Shown in pieces: positions 1 through 9,565 of a stretch of 55,790 nt of DNA. This DNA is from a virus (taxonomy: Duplodnaviria > Caudoviricetes), in the IMG/VR virus record IMGVR_UViG_3300028595_000016, positions 1 to 55,790 of that record; one strand, given 5' to 3'. The notes below the pieces were generated by a model that worked only from the letters and a program-made list of their open reading frames with translations, had not been told where the DNA came from and searched no databases. Each line of letters starts with the position of its first letter. The stretch's first letter is position 1. The position numbers were made by a program, and so were the translations under genes.

Positions 1-129
1 CTACCATCCGCGGCGTTCGAGTGCCTCGGCACCCCAATGCAGGTAGGTGCCAGTGATCTCCTCCGCACGACCATGGTAGCTGCGAGCTGTCCGCCAGATT
101 CCTACGGCGGACGCCCGTGGGACGCCCGG
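1..129. repeat. Terminal direct repeat (left copy); circular assembly overlap
   Basis: Identical to 55662-55790 except at position 3 (a versus c). Confidence 0.95.
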
Positions 130-351
130 AACGAGCGAGTGGACGCAGTCAGCGTATGCCTGTCCGACACATGACGGGAGCGAGCCCTGGTCCAGCGTGT
201 AGTACCGTGGCCAGATCGCAGCCGGCGGTGGCTCGTATCCTGGCTCATACGCTCCGATCGGCTGGTAGCATCGCGTCGAAGCTCGCTGCAGATCTGCCTC
301 GACGAGAAACGACGGCTCGGGCCCCAGAATGCCCGATGGTCTCAGCGACAT
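1..351 (-). CDS. Papain-like C1 cysteine peptidase, N-terminal part (continues across the junction into 55664-55215)
   Basis: DQGSLPSCVG catalytic Gln/Cys motif. The TAG at 1-3 is GAG in the right repeat copy, in frame with 55215-55523. Confidence 0.8.
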   Translation of the reverse strand: MSLRPSGILGPEPSFLVEADLQRASTRCYQPIGAYEPGYEPPPAAIWPRYYTLDQGSLPSCVGQAYADCVHSLVPGVPRASAVGIWRTARSYHGRAEEITGTYLHWGAEALERRGW

Positions 352-635
352 GACTCTACCTCATCGCAGCTGTCGATAGTTGCCAGGCATGTGGGACTCC
401 AGTCGCGCCCGTCGCTCAGAGCGTACCGACACGCATCGGCGAAGGGGACTCCGTCAGGGGTCTCCCACAGCGGACGGCCGCGCTCGCCTCGACACTGGAG
501 CTCGCGCAGCCGCTCGTCGGCAGCGTCGCAGTCCGTTCCCGTCGGCTCGGGCGGCTCCGGGTGGCCAGGATTGTGAACGGCGCATGCCAGCGCGACGCAG
601 ACGACCCCGATTCCCGTGATGCTCATGTGCCTCAC
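342..635 (-). CDS. Small Cys-rich putative lipoprotein
   Basis: GTG start overlaps the upstream stop; hydrophobic N-terminus VVCVALAC; several Cys residues. Confidence 0.55.
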   Translation of the reverse strand: MRHMSITGIGVVCVALACAVHNPGHPEPPEPTGTDCDAADERLRELQCRGERGRPLWETPDGVPFADACRYALSDGRDWSPTCLATIDSCDEVESCR

Positions 636-964
636 CGAGAACACTCCCGAGCCCATGCCTCTCCGGCGCGGTCGCTGATTGCCACCGCTGCGGCTGCCAG
701 GGCACCCGTTGCGAGCGCTCCAGCCGCCAGCCCGGCACGAGCCCCGTCGTCGTCGACCGGCAGCGTAGCGATCCCTTGGGAGCCAGCCAGCACACCGCTC
801 GCTGCGGCGACGGCGGACCAGTCTCGGCGGACGCGGTCCAGCCGGCGGCAGCGCTCGGAGTCCCGCACCTCCGCGCCGAGCGGACGCTCGATGCGAGCCT
901 GCTCTAGCGAGTCGGAGCAGCCTGCAACGAGGAGTGCCACGGAGAGCACAGCCGCGCGGGTCAC
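632..964 (-). CDS. Putative lipoprotein with hydrophobic hairpin (spanin-like candidate)
   Basis: Lipobox LLVAGC and two Ala/Gly-rich helices; translationally coupled to neighbours. Confidence 0.55.
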   Translation of the reverse strand: MTRAAVLSVALLVAGCSDSLEQARIERPLGAEVRDSERCRRLDRVRRDWSAVAAASGVLAGSQGIATLPVDDDGARAGLAAGALATGALAAAAVAISDRAGEAWARECSR

Positions 965-1434
965 TGTAGACCTCCGTCCTCGGGCGACCCCTCGACGATG
1001 GCCTCATCATCGATCTCGACATCTGGCACGATCTCGATGCCAGCGTCGGATTCCCGTGCTGCCCAGAGGTCGCGGAGGTGCGCTTCGATCCATGCGGCGG
1101 GGTCACAGCCGAGCGTGCGCTGGAGTCGGATCAGGGTCTCGTCGGACAGCGTAGCTAGCGCATGGCTGAGTGCGTCGCGCATAGCGTCTCGTCTCTCGGA
1201 TGCCGTTACAGCGCCGTCACCAGCTGCCTCGGAGAGCCGCTGGCGAAGTCGCTCGAAGCCGACGGTCGTGCTGGCCCAGACGACATGCCCGACCTGCTCG
1301 AGCAGAGCGGCGTGGTCATCCCGGGTGAGATGGCGCCGAATCCACGCCGCGGCGTAGCCTCCTGCGACAGCGAGCACCGTCAAAGCGACGGCGGTAAGGG
1401 CACTGATCAGTGTCTGTAGCTGGTCTGGTGTCAT
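961..1434 (-). CDS. Holin-like membrane protein
   Basis: Single N-terminal transmembrane segment (LISALTAVALTVLAVAGGYAAAW) followed by a helical region; ATGA overlap; follows the tail genes. Confidence 0.5.
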   Translation of the reverse strand: MTPDQLQTLISALTAVALTVLAVAGGYAAAWIRRHLTRDDHAALLEQVGHVVWASTTVGFERLRQRLSEAAGDGAVTASERRDAMRDALSHALATLSDETLIRLQRTLGCDPAAWIEAHLRDLWAARESDAGIEIVPDVEIDDEAIVEGSPEDGGLQ

Positions 1435-1781
1435 GGGATTCTCCTCGGCCTCTCGGCAATCTCTCCTGCTGCGAGTTCTGACGGCTGCCGCGGGACGGGC
1501 TTCCCGGCCACTACTTGGCACTTGGCGATCAGCTGCACGGCCTCAGCCCTGCTAGCCAGCGGCACCCTGGACACGTCGGCGTCCAGGTCGAGTGCGTAGC
1601 CGTTCTCAATTGGCACCGGGTCCGTCTCACGGAGAGTCCAGCCGACGGGGTCCTCTGACGGGTCGTCAGCGATTGGGTAGTGGCGCCCCGGAGTGACAGG
1701 GCGTGCTTTGCGGGGGCCGCCTTTCGACAGCATGTCCAGCTCAGCGAGACGGCGAAGGTCGGCTCGTGTTCCGGTGATCAT
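1431..1781 (-). CDS. Hypothetical protein
   Basis: Coupled ORF in the late operon. Confidence 0.55.
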   Translation of the reverse strand: MITGTRADLRRLAELDMLSKGGPRKARPVTPGRHYPIADDPSEDPVGWTLRETDPVPIENGYALDLDADVSRVPLASRAEAVQLIAKCQVVAGKPVPRQPSELAAGEIAERPRRIP

Positions 1782-2509
1782 AGATTATCCATCCAGGATT
1801 CTAGCAGTGCCGACTCTGCCTCTGAGAGCGCTCGGTTGAACAGGACGACGTGGTCAATGGGTCCGTTCCAATAGGAAACAACCGAACCGTTATACAGGAG
1901 CGACCCGACTGTGAACGTGGTCGCAGGGACAGGCTGGACCGGCGCCGAATACGAGTCGCTTGAACCGTTCACAAGTAGCCTGGCAGACGTGCCATCGATC
2001 GCGTAGACAGACTCGGCAGCGAATGCATCAACGTCAGAGTCGAATACCGTAGCGGACGCCCCGGTCCCACGGACTGCCACTCGCCACAATTGGTCCAAGG
2101 GCGAGGACAAATATGACGATAGCCCTGCGTAGTGGTAGATGAGCGTAGTCCCACCGAACCCCCATGCCGTTCTGGTCTCGTCCGCGCCGAAAGCGCCGGA
2201 TGTGCTGCCCTTGCAGGCTATGGTAAACTCCCTGGAAGTCTCGGCGGCCAGGACCGTATTGGAAGTCGTTGCCAAGTAATCATCCGTGCCATCGAACACG
2301 ATCTGTCCAGCGGTGTACCCTGGCTGAGATCCAGCAGTGCCCTGAGATAGTGCAATGCCAGAGATCCTGTCGGTCCACGCACTGACACCGGTGTCGATGG
2401 CCACGCCTTCGCGGTGGTCCCACCACGCGACCGCGCCAAGCTTCTCCGGCACATTTCCGCCTTTCCGTCGCACCATCCCAAGCCCCATTACCATTCCCAT
2501 CATCGTCAT
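1778..2509 (-). CDS. LamG/concanavalin-like virion protein
   Basis: AWWD...VSAWTD, FDGTDDYL and GPIDHVVLFNRALSEAE signatures. Confidence 0.7.
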   Translation of the reverse strand: MTMMGMVMGLGMVRRKGGNVPEKLGAVAWWDHREGVAIDTGVSAWTDRISGIALSQGTAGSQPGYTAGQIVFDGTDDYLATTSNTVLAAETSREFTIACKGSTSGAFGADETRTAWGFGGTTLIYHYAGLSSYLSSPLDQLWRVAVRGTGASATVFDSDVDAFAAESVYAIDGTSARLLVNGSSDSYSAPVQPVPATTFTVGSLLYNGSVVSYWNGPIDHVVLFNRALSEAESALLESWMDNL

Positions 2510-3030
2510 GGCAGCCTCCGGTATCGCGCGCGGGCGATGTAGCTGACGCCGACGGCGGTCGGCGGAGTGATCTGCACGGCCACAGCGTTGGACGAGACGA
2601 TCTCGGAAAATGCTAGCCCTGAGACCGATGCGCCCTCCACATCTGGACTCCAGGTGTAGTCAGTGTCGGTCGGCGTGACGATCTGCGTGCTCCCGGCGCT
2701 GGCCCGGTAGCACCAGCGAATGACGGACCTGGCGCCGTAGGCCGCCATCTGCCCGCCGGTGCTGTCCCACGCAATGACCTCGGCCTCAAATGGGTAGCCG
2801 CCCCCTTCCTCCACCGTGTCCAGCGTGAGCACGGTCGTGGCGCCCGCGCTGGCCGCCAACGTTCCGGTCTCCTCGGTGAAAGCAAGCTCCACCTTGGTCC
2901 AGTTGCTGGACGGAGAATCAGTCAGGCGGAACTGCGTCGTGGGGAACATCATGCCCCGTCGATTGGCCAGCTGGGTCAACCCAGAGTAGATGTCCCGGAC
3001 GCCCCAGATCAGATCGTCTAGATAGCTCAA
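2506..3030 (-). CDS. Hypothetical virion protein
   Basis: Beta-rich coupled ORF with a TTG start. Confidence 0.55.
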   Translation of the reverse strand: MSYLDDLIWGVRDIYSGLTQLANRRGMMFPTTQFRLTDSPSSNWTKVELAFTEETGTLAASAGATTVLTLDTVEEGGGYPFEAEVIAWDSTGGQMAAYGARSVIRWCYRASAGSTQIVTPTDTDYTWSPDVEGASVSGLAFSEIVSSNAVAVQITPPTAVGVSYIARARYRRLP

Positions 3031-3031
3031 C

Positions 3032-4015
3032 TCAGTACCCTCTCGATTCTCCAGATGTCACGGTCTTGCGCGTGCGATACGAGCCTAGTGACACTGTACC
3101 CTTTGCCACCTTCTCGAGCCATTTGATTGCGTCGTCGAATCGCATCCGGACTGCCTTGTCCGAAGGATTGCTAGGGTCGAACCCTCGCGTGCTTAGAAGC
3201 ACCCATGCTGCGATGCCGCACACGTGCAGCGTGAGTCCCGCTGGCCACGTCGACAGTGGCAGATCGTAGCCAGATCGAACGATGTAGGCATTGGCGAGCC
3301 CCGACGCTGCCTCGAGCGCGGCGTCCTGCGTCACCGTCGAGACTCCCGCCAGTGCCGCGGCTGGCAGCCCGACCCGATGCAGGTCGGTCCGGGTGGCGTA
3401 GGCGACGCCTTCGCCGCTCAGATGCGAGGTTGCATCGCCGCCGGTGCTCCCGTCCAGAAGCCCTTCGATTGTGTCCAGCTGGGTGGACTGGTCGTCCGTG
3501 AGCCCTGCGCCAGCGAGAGAGCTAACCGCCTGGTCCACGTAGGCGCCGGGGAACGCGGTGCCGTCGGACAGGATGGCATCTCGCACTGCGGCTGCGATGG
3601 CCGTCACGTCGGACGGCAGCACGCCGGAGCCGACGGCAATGGTGTCGACGAGGTTGGTGCTCTGGAGCTTGACCGCGACCTGGTAGTCTCCGATCGTCGG
3701 CACCCACACCTCCTCGGACGGAAGGTCCGGGTCGGACGCCACGTTGCCCACGAGCGTCACCGTGTGATCGTACTCAGCCGGGCGGAATCTCCAGCGGTTG
3801 ATGACAAAGAAGGTCGAGCCGAGGTAGCGCTCGCCGCCGAGCGGCTCACCGCCGAGTACGGCAAACGCCGGAGGGTAGCCGGCGCGCGATGAGTCACCGC
3901 GAAGCCACGATTTCCACTCGGCGTAAACCTCGGCCCACGTCCACGACGTGTCCCCGTCTACGACGGTGGCATCCTCGATGATGCGCAGGTTGGACGGATC
4001 GAAGGTGACAGCCAC
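3032..4015 (-). CDS. Virion protein with C-terminal Mu gp36/DUF1320-like adaptor domain
   Basis: The last ~125 aa align with 22734-23117 (QDAALEAASGLA, LHVC, RGFDPSxPSDK, WLEK, terminal RGY). Confidence 0.7.
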   Translation of the reverse strand: MAVTFDPSNLRIIEDATVVDGDTSWTWAEVYAEWKSWLRGDSSRAGYPPAFAVLGGEPLGGERYLGSTFFVINRWRFRPAEYDHTVTLVGNVASDPDLPSEEVWVPTIGDYQVAVKLQSTNLVDTIAVGSGVLPSDVTAIAAAVRDAILSDGTAFPGAYVDQAVSSLAGAGLTDDQSTQLDTIEGLLDGSTGGDATSHLSGEGVAYATRTDLHRVGLPAAALAGVSTVTQDAALEAASGLANAYIVRSGYDLPLSTWPAGLTLHVCGIAAWVLLSTRGFDPSNPSDKAVRMRFDDAIKWLEKVAKGTVSLGSYRTRKTVTSGESRGY

Positions 4016-4198
4016 TCACTCTCCCTCGCGCAACTCGGTCTGCAGCTGCTCGCACGTGTCCCGCAGTGATGCCCGACACGACTCGACGTGATCCACTGCA
4101 GCGGCGGACAGCTCGTCGCCAGCTGCCTCGAGTAGCTCTCCGAGCGTCGAGTGGACGGTTCGTAGCTCGGTCAATGCCAGGATGAGAGCGCCGCGCAT
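4016..4198 (-). CDS. Small helical hypothetical protein
   Basis: Fills the gap in the operon. Confidence 0.45.
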   Translation of the reverse strand: MRGALILALTELRTVHSTLGELLEAAGDELSAAAVDHVESCRASLRDTCEQLQTELREGE

Positions 4199-4205
4199 GG
4201 CATCA

Positions 4206-6419
4206 TCACCCAGAGACGTTACGCTCTTGCGCGGCTGCGAGCGGGATCACGAGCGGCACGCCGGACTGGATCTGCTGCACAGAACTCTGGGTGAACTGCG
4301 CCGTGGAGTAGCCGATGGCGCGTCCGACGACATAGGCATCGGTACCTCCCGTGCGCCCGCCTTGGATGTTGTTCGAGTAGTCGAAAGCGAACGTCGGGTC
4401 GGCTGACACTCCTTCGCCAGTCACGTCGGTGCCCGTGTTGTCGTCGACGATGATCGCGTCTGGCGTGTCGATGCAATTCTCATCGAGATACAGCTCAGCG
4501 CTACTCGTCGTGACGATGGTCGCGCCATCGTACCGTCGGACATCCCACTCGCTCGTGCTGGTGAGCGTGGTGACCTGGTAAACGCCGTTCATAGCGACGT
4601 CGTCTCCGGTTAGACCAGAGACCCGGACGAAGGCTCCGGCGCCGCGATTCAACGACGCTGGCAGGTTGCCGCCAGCACTCGCGAACGTTCCCACCGCGGC
4701 GGTCCCAGCGTTGATGACGAGGTCCGAAACCGTGTTGCGAATCGTCCTGTCGAAAAACACCCAATACTCGTTCTCGTCGTCCGCCAGGAGCGTAGCATTC
4801 ATGTCGATGGTGCACGCGACGGACACAGGGAACCCTCGCAGGGTCCCCGTGTTGTCGAACATGACCGTATCGTTCTGGCTCGTGGCGGACAGATTCTCGA
4901 CGTAGACGCCGGAGCCTCCGCCGAGTGGATTCGTCGGGAACGACACCCCGCCGTCTACAGATCCGAGCTGCAACGTCGGTCCGAGGAACCGACAGAATCC
5001 ACGGAGCATGCGACCGATTACGGTCCCGCCGCCAGCGTCAACGTCCGACGTTTTGCGCAGCTGTCGCTGCAACCATGCGTACAACTCCGTGTTCGTGCCG
5101 CCGTTGGCGTCGAGCACCACGCCGAAGTTGTATGGGCCACCCACGAGGACGCCCGACCCGCCAAGCGACTGGGCACTCGCATAAAAAGTCAGCGACATCC
5201 CGGTATAGGGCGCCGACCCGTCGATGGTAGCATCGGTGACAGCGATCGAAGCGTCCGACCCGTTCGACAACGCGAACGCGAACTTGCGTCCGCCGAGCTG
5301 GGTTTCGCCGATCTTGCTGAGATACGACTCGTCGAACGTCTTGCCGAGCGCGTCGCCGTCTCGCACCCGCAGGTACAGCGAGAACGAGGCTCGGTTGTCA
5401 ACCGCGAGAACTGCGCTCGTGTCGGTCGCGTCCGCCGTCAAGCTGCCAGTCGCCACCTCGAGCGTCGTGGCGCTCATCGCCAGGATCTCGTAGGTGCCGT
5501 CGTTGGCGCTCGTGTTCGCGGAGCTGACGACCACGCTGCCACCGACGCGGAACCCGTCGGAGTAGAAGCTCCCGCTCGGTCGAGTGATCGAATCGTTGGA
5601 CCCGCCGCCGTCCACGAACGTGTAGCTGGCAGCCTGCGTGACAGTCGCGTCGTAGCAGAGCACCGGCTCGTTGACGGGACCCGAAAACGTGAAGTCGACC
5701 GACAGATTCGACGCCGTGTCGGCGCCGAAAACGTAGTAGGCCACGTCATTGGCTGGGTCCTCGAACGTTCCCTGAGTGCCGATGCCAGCGTAGATCTGTC
5801 GGACGTTGCCGTCGGCGTCGTAGCTCGTCCAGCCGGCGTTTCGCAGCAACTTTCGCGACCGAATCGACGCGGCGGACACGTCGATGAAGTCCCATCCGCT
5901 GAAGTTGCCCGAAGCGTCCTGACCGATGAGATACTCTCCAGCATTGGCTGAGATCGCGAACATCGGAAACGGCGCGGCTGCGATGAGAAAATCATCGTCC
6001 TTCCAGCGCTTCATGGCGAACGAATAGACCGCCTGACCTGTAACGCCGTCTGAATCCAGGTTGCCCTGCTCGAGTAGGTAGATGTGCCTGGCAGCCGTGT
6101 CGAACATGACAGATTTCGGGTCGGCGGTCGTTCCCAGAGTGGTCACTGCCTCGGATGACGCGGCGGACGGATTCGAGCCCGAGACCTTCTCGCAGGCGAT
6201 CGAGCTCGTCGTCGGACTGCCAGTGGTGACGTACAGCCCGTTGTTCTCCGATGCACTATGGTCCCGCACCTCGAAGTACTCTCCACTGCCGATGGCCGGC
6301 AGCTCAGCGCCAGAGCTAGTGATGGTGACGGCGGCGCCTGTCGGGGTGCCCCACACGGCGTCAGAAACGCTGGTGCTGCCGCCTTGGGAGAGATCGTCTG
6401 GATCCGTGATCAGTGCCAT
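4206..6419 (-). CDS. Large beta-rich virion structural/appendage protein
   Basis: 737 aa, Gly/Ser/Thr-rich, with repeated NDGxY ubiquitin-E1 FCCH-like fibre modules. Confidence 0.65.
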   Translation of the reverse strand: MALITDPDDLSQGGSTSVSDAVWGTPTGAAVTITSSGAELPAIGSGEYFEVRDHSASENNGLYVTTGSPTTSSIACEKVSGSNPSAASSEAVTTLGTTADPKSVMFDTAARHIYLLEQGNLDSDGVTGQAVYSFAMKRWKDDDFLIAAAPFPMFAISANAGEYLIGQDASGNFSGWDFIDVSAASIRSRKLLRNAGWTSYDADGNVRQIYAGIGTQGTFEDPANDVAYYVFGADTASNLSVDFTFSGPVNEPVLCYDATVTQAASYTFVDGGGSNDSITRPSGSFYSDGFRVGGSVVVSSANTSANDGTYEILAMSATTLEVATGSLTADATDTSAVLAVDNRASFSLYLRVRDGDALGKTFDESYLSKIGETQLGGRKFAFALSNGSDASIAVTDATIDGSAPYTGMSLTFYASAQSLGGSGVLVGGPYNFGVVLDANGGTNTELYAWLQRQLRKTSDVDAGGGTVIGRMLRGFCRFLGPTLQLGSVDGGVSFPTNPLGGGSGVYVENLSATSQNDTVMFDNTGTLRGFPVSVACTIDMNATLLADDENEYWVFFDRTIRNTVSDLVINAGTAAVGTFASAGGNLPASLNRGAGAFVRVSGLTGDDVAMNGVYQVTTLTSTSEWDVRRYDGATIVTTSSAELYLDENCIDTPDAIIVDDNTGTDVTGEGVSADPTFAFDYSNNIQGGRTGGTDAYVVGRAIGYSTAQFTQSSVQQIQSGVPLVIPLAAAQERNVSG

Positions 6420-6431
6420 GTGTGTTGTACC

Positions 6432-8135
6432 TCAGTCGGTGAATGCTCGATCGGTGCGCTGCTGAACTGGTACCACTGCGCCCGATACGGATAGCGGGTA
6501 GCTCTCGATTCGGATGGGCTCGCTGCCCAGCCGCAGAACCACGATGGTGGCGAGCCTCGGTCGCACGACGGTGTACTCCGCGGAGTAGCTGGTGCCGGTC
6601 GATGTCTCGATGCCATCAATCTCGTCCGACGACGAACCGCCGGCCTGGACAATCGTCGTGGCTCCGGCCCAGTCCCCCACGGTTGGCTCGGTGGCGGTCC
6701 CGTTCTCGATGTTCGCGACGGTAAAGGCTGTTCCGTCATCTGAACAGCTCGCATAGGTGAGTGCGTCCAGCGCGGTGGCGGTGGCCTCGGCCATGTCCTC
6801 AGCACTGTCGCCGGTGACGATGTCCACTCGGGTGCCGGTGCCCCCCGGAGTCGGGTCGGTGCCCGACCCGTCGAGCCTCCACCACAGATAGCGCGTCGTC
6901 GGCGCGCCAGATTCGAGCGTCTCGAACGTGACGTAGGCGTCCGCCAGATCGTCCGGAGCGAATCCGTCGAGATCGCAACTCCAGATCGTGGGGTGAGGCT
7001 GCTCGTAGACCCGCACCTCGGAGCCCGCCAGCAACGGCGAGAACACGAGGTAGGCCGTGATGGCGGCAGCCGTGATGCTGCCAACGTCCCAAAAGTCTCC
7101 CGGGTTGAGCACGCACTCGTAGAACGCGCGCATCCAATACTGGTTCAACTCGCAGTCGAACAGAGCCAGGAACGACAGCGTTAGATCGCCGGAGCCGTAG
7201 TACAAAAACAGATCCGTCGCTGTCCAGTCCGACGTAGCCCAGTCGGCGTCAGTGCTGCTAGTGTATGAATCGTCGACATACAGACCGGCGCTGGTGCCGC
7301 TGCGAGTGAATGCCCAAACGTGTTGAGCCGCCGTCTGGGCCGCGGCGTTGACGGAGGCAGCCGTGGTCTCTGCTGCGTAGGTGTAGCTGGTCGGGTACCA
7401 TGACAGGCTGTCGGACCCGGATCCAAAGTTCCAAAACGACCACTGGTCAGTGTTGTCCGACCCGGCGACGACGATCATTGACATGGCTCCCGTCCCAGGG
7501 TCCCACGTCTCGCCGCTGATTCTGATGCCGTCGGAGCGTCCTGAGCGCTGCTCGAGCACGACGGCGCGACCGGGAGCTGACTCGGTGCGAGATCCAGGAG
7601 GAGGGTCGTCGGTGTTGTAGTAGCTCCACAGCTCCGCGTCTCTGCCGCCGCCGGTCAAGTCGGTGAACTGCGGCGAAGGTCCGCTCGGATCCTCGTCGAA
7701 TCCAAACACCGCCCACGCGGCCGGCGGCGAGCCATCCCCCGTGGCGTCGCCGAACACGTCGTTGCGGCCGTAGTTGGCTCCCACCGCGGGAGCGGTCTCG
7801 GTCGTGCTGCCCCACCAGAGCCAAAGATGCGTATTGACGCTGTCAGACACGTCCTGTCGACGGATCCATATCTCTACCCGGGAGTTGGCCGGCGTGGCGT
7901 CCAGCTCGGCACGCTGAACCCAGCATGGGATCTGCGTCGTGCCCTCCTCATCGAGCGAAGCGGCCACGTCGACGCCGCCCTCCTGCATTGCCTCGTCGTG
8001 CCCCGCGGTGATGGCATTCTGCGGCAGCTGCGCGTGAGTGATGCACACCCATAGATCGTCTACCGGGTCGCCGTAGATGGATGACGACTCGATGCTGCAT
8101 CGAAGCTTCCACTGTCTGTCGCCGGGGAATGCCAT
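6432..8135 (-). CDS. DUF2341-like plus LamG-like virion protein
   Basis: DEEGTTQIPCWVQ, EIWIR and LWLWWG patterns followed by a LamG-like region. Confidence 0.6.
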   Translation of the reverse strand: MAFPGDRQWKLRCSIESSSIYGDPVDDLWVCITHAQLPQNAITAGHDEAMQEGGVDVAASLDEEGTTQIPCWVQRAELDATPANSRVEIWIRRQDVSDSVNTHLWLWWGSTTETAPAVGANYGRNDVFGDATGDGSPPAAWAVFGFDEDPSGPSPQFTDLTGGGRDAELWSYYNTDDPPPGSRTESAPGRAVVLEQRSGRSDGIRISGETWDPGTGAMSMIVVAGSDNTDQWSFWNFGSGSDSLSWYPTSYTYAAETTAASVNAAAQTAAQHVWAFTRSGTSAGLYVDDSYTSSTDADWATSDWTATDLFLYYGSGDLTLSFLALFDCELNQYWMRAFYECVLNPGDFWDVGSITAAAITAYLVFSPLLAGSEVRVYEQPHPTIWSCDLDGFAPDDLADAYVTFETLESGAPTTRYLWWRLDGSGTDPTPGGTGTRVDIVTGDSAEDMAEATATALDALTYASCSDDGTAFTVANIENGTATEPTVGDWAGATTIVQAGGSSSDEIDGIETSTGTSYSAEYTVVRPRLATIVVLRLGSEPIRIESYPLSVSGAVVPVQQRTDRAFTD

Positions 8136-8141
8136 CGTGCC

Positions 8142-8714
8142 TCAAAACAGAGCGTAGGCGGAAAGGGAATACTGGACGTTGTCCAGGTCATCTAGTATCG
8201 GGTCGCTCTTGCCCCACAGCTCCACATACTCGCCAGCTGCCAGCGACACCAGCCCGGACATCGACAGCGATGCATGCGTGTCACTGCCGGACTGCGAATG
8301 CTCGATGTTGCGCCACACAGTGACGTTGGTAGCGTCGTTTGCCTTGACCACGAATTCCACGTCCTCCGTACTGATAGGGTCGCTGTTGACCCAAATGTTT
8401 GCTTCGACGTAGTATACGTGGGCGTCGGTCGACACAAGCCGGTTGCTCACCGACCCGTCGGTCATTCCAACGAGGTTGACCGTTGTCGTTGTCCCGCCGA
8501 GCTTCGTCCCAACGCTGGCTCCAGACAGATTAAGGCTGGTGGCCGTCGCGAGTCTGACCATCCCGCAAGCCTGCGAGTACGGTGACGGCCACACGTACCG
8601 GCTGCGGTTGGCGATTGCCTGCATCGCATCAGCGATTGCCCCGGACCCTGCGCTGTCGCCGGACTCTGGGACATGCACGGTGGTCAGCTCGGATGAGCGA
8701 AAGAGGTATTTCAT
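8142..8714 (-). CDS. Tail fibre-related protein (C1q/TNF-like C-terminus)
   Basis: Start MKYLF couples to the upstream stop; SGLVSLAAGEYVELW motif; paralogous to upstream fibre genes. Confidence 0.6.
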   Translation of the reverse strand: MKYLFRSSELTTVHVPESGDSAGSGAIADAMQAIANRSRYVWPSPYSQACGMVRLATATSLNLSGASVGTKLGGTTTTVNLVGMTDGSVSNRLVSTDAHVYYVEANIWVNSDPISTEDVEFVVKANDATNVTVWRNIEHSQSGSDTHASLSMSGLVSLAAGEYVELWGKSDPILDDLDNVQYSLSAYALF

Positions 8715-9565
8715 GCGTTTGCCACAGCGACGGCGGTCAGCTGCCAGTCGATTCCTACGTCGGACATAGTGACTTCGGCATATGAGCCAGTGTCGAGTGA
8801 AGGGCCGGTCGTCGCGTCTATGGTGTATCGAGTGTTTGCGGCGTAGGATCCCACTGCGAATGCCACGGAAACACCTGTCGCCCCTAGCGCGGTCGGCCCT
8901 TCCGTCGCTGTGACACCGTTGGTCCAGGTGGAACCGCCGTCGGACGACCATCGGTAAACCGCATCATCCGTCGATCCCACGGTCCCGGTCGTCGTGATGT
9001 CGACCACGAACTCCAGAGAATCACTGGACGGGGTGCCCGAGAAAGTCAGCGTAGGAACATCTCCTAGGCTCACCAGCAGCTCGATGGTCTCGTCGTCCGC
9101 CATCTCCACGATGCCAGCGAGCGCGAAGGAGTTGTGGTCGGTCCAGCCGCCTAGCCCCGGCTTGTTGACGTAGACCGGGCCTGCGTTGCTTGTGTCGTGG
9201 CTTCCGCCTACTCGCACGACCATCGGAGTGTCAGCCCATGACGTTCGTTCCCCGTGAACGTGGACGAAGTACTTCAGCGAGCTGCCCGAGGTGTTTCGCG
9301 CGGTGCCGGTGCTCGGCTGATCCATTAGGGATTCCTGATCGATGACTCCTCCGGGACACTTGACATAGCCGTCGCTCGACAGCGCGACGCTGGAACCCGA
9401 CGATGACACCGTGCACCTGGATTCCGGGCAGGTCCGCTGGCGGACCCATTCGGTGCGGTCTAGCAACGCCTGAAAAGTAGCTTCGACCCCGCTGGCGTCG
9501 CCGTCGTCCCCGTCTTCTGGGACGCTGACGATGGTCAGTGCGTTTGCAGCGGTTATGATCTTCAT
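8711..9565 (-). CDS. Tail fibre-related protein
   Basis: VSVPEDGD...FQALLDRT N-terminus; one YRWSSDGGSTW module. Confidence 0.65.
   Translation of the reverse strand: MKIITAANALTIVSVPEDGDDGDASGVEATFQALLDRTEWVRQRTCPESRCTVSSSGSSVALSSDGYVKCPGGVIDQESLMDQPSTGTARNTSGSSLKYFVHVHGERTSWADTPMVVRVGGSHDTSNAGPVYVNKPGLGGWTDHNSFALAGIVEMADDETIELLVSLGDVPTLTFSGTPSSDSLEFVVDITTTGTVGSTDDAVYRWSSDGGSTWTNGVTATEGPTALGATGVSVAFAVGSYAANTRYTIDATTGPSLDTGSYAEVTMSDVGIDWQLTAVAVANA

Noticed and set aside
1-129. Biological terminal repeat of the virion DNA
   Set aside because: It falls mid-gene and its length is typical of an assembler overlap; most likely a circularisation artefact
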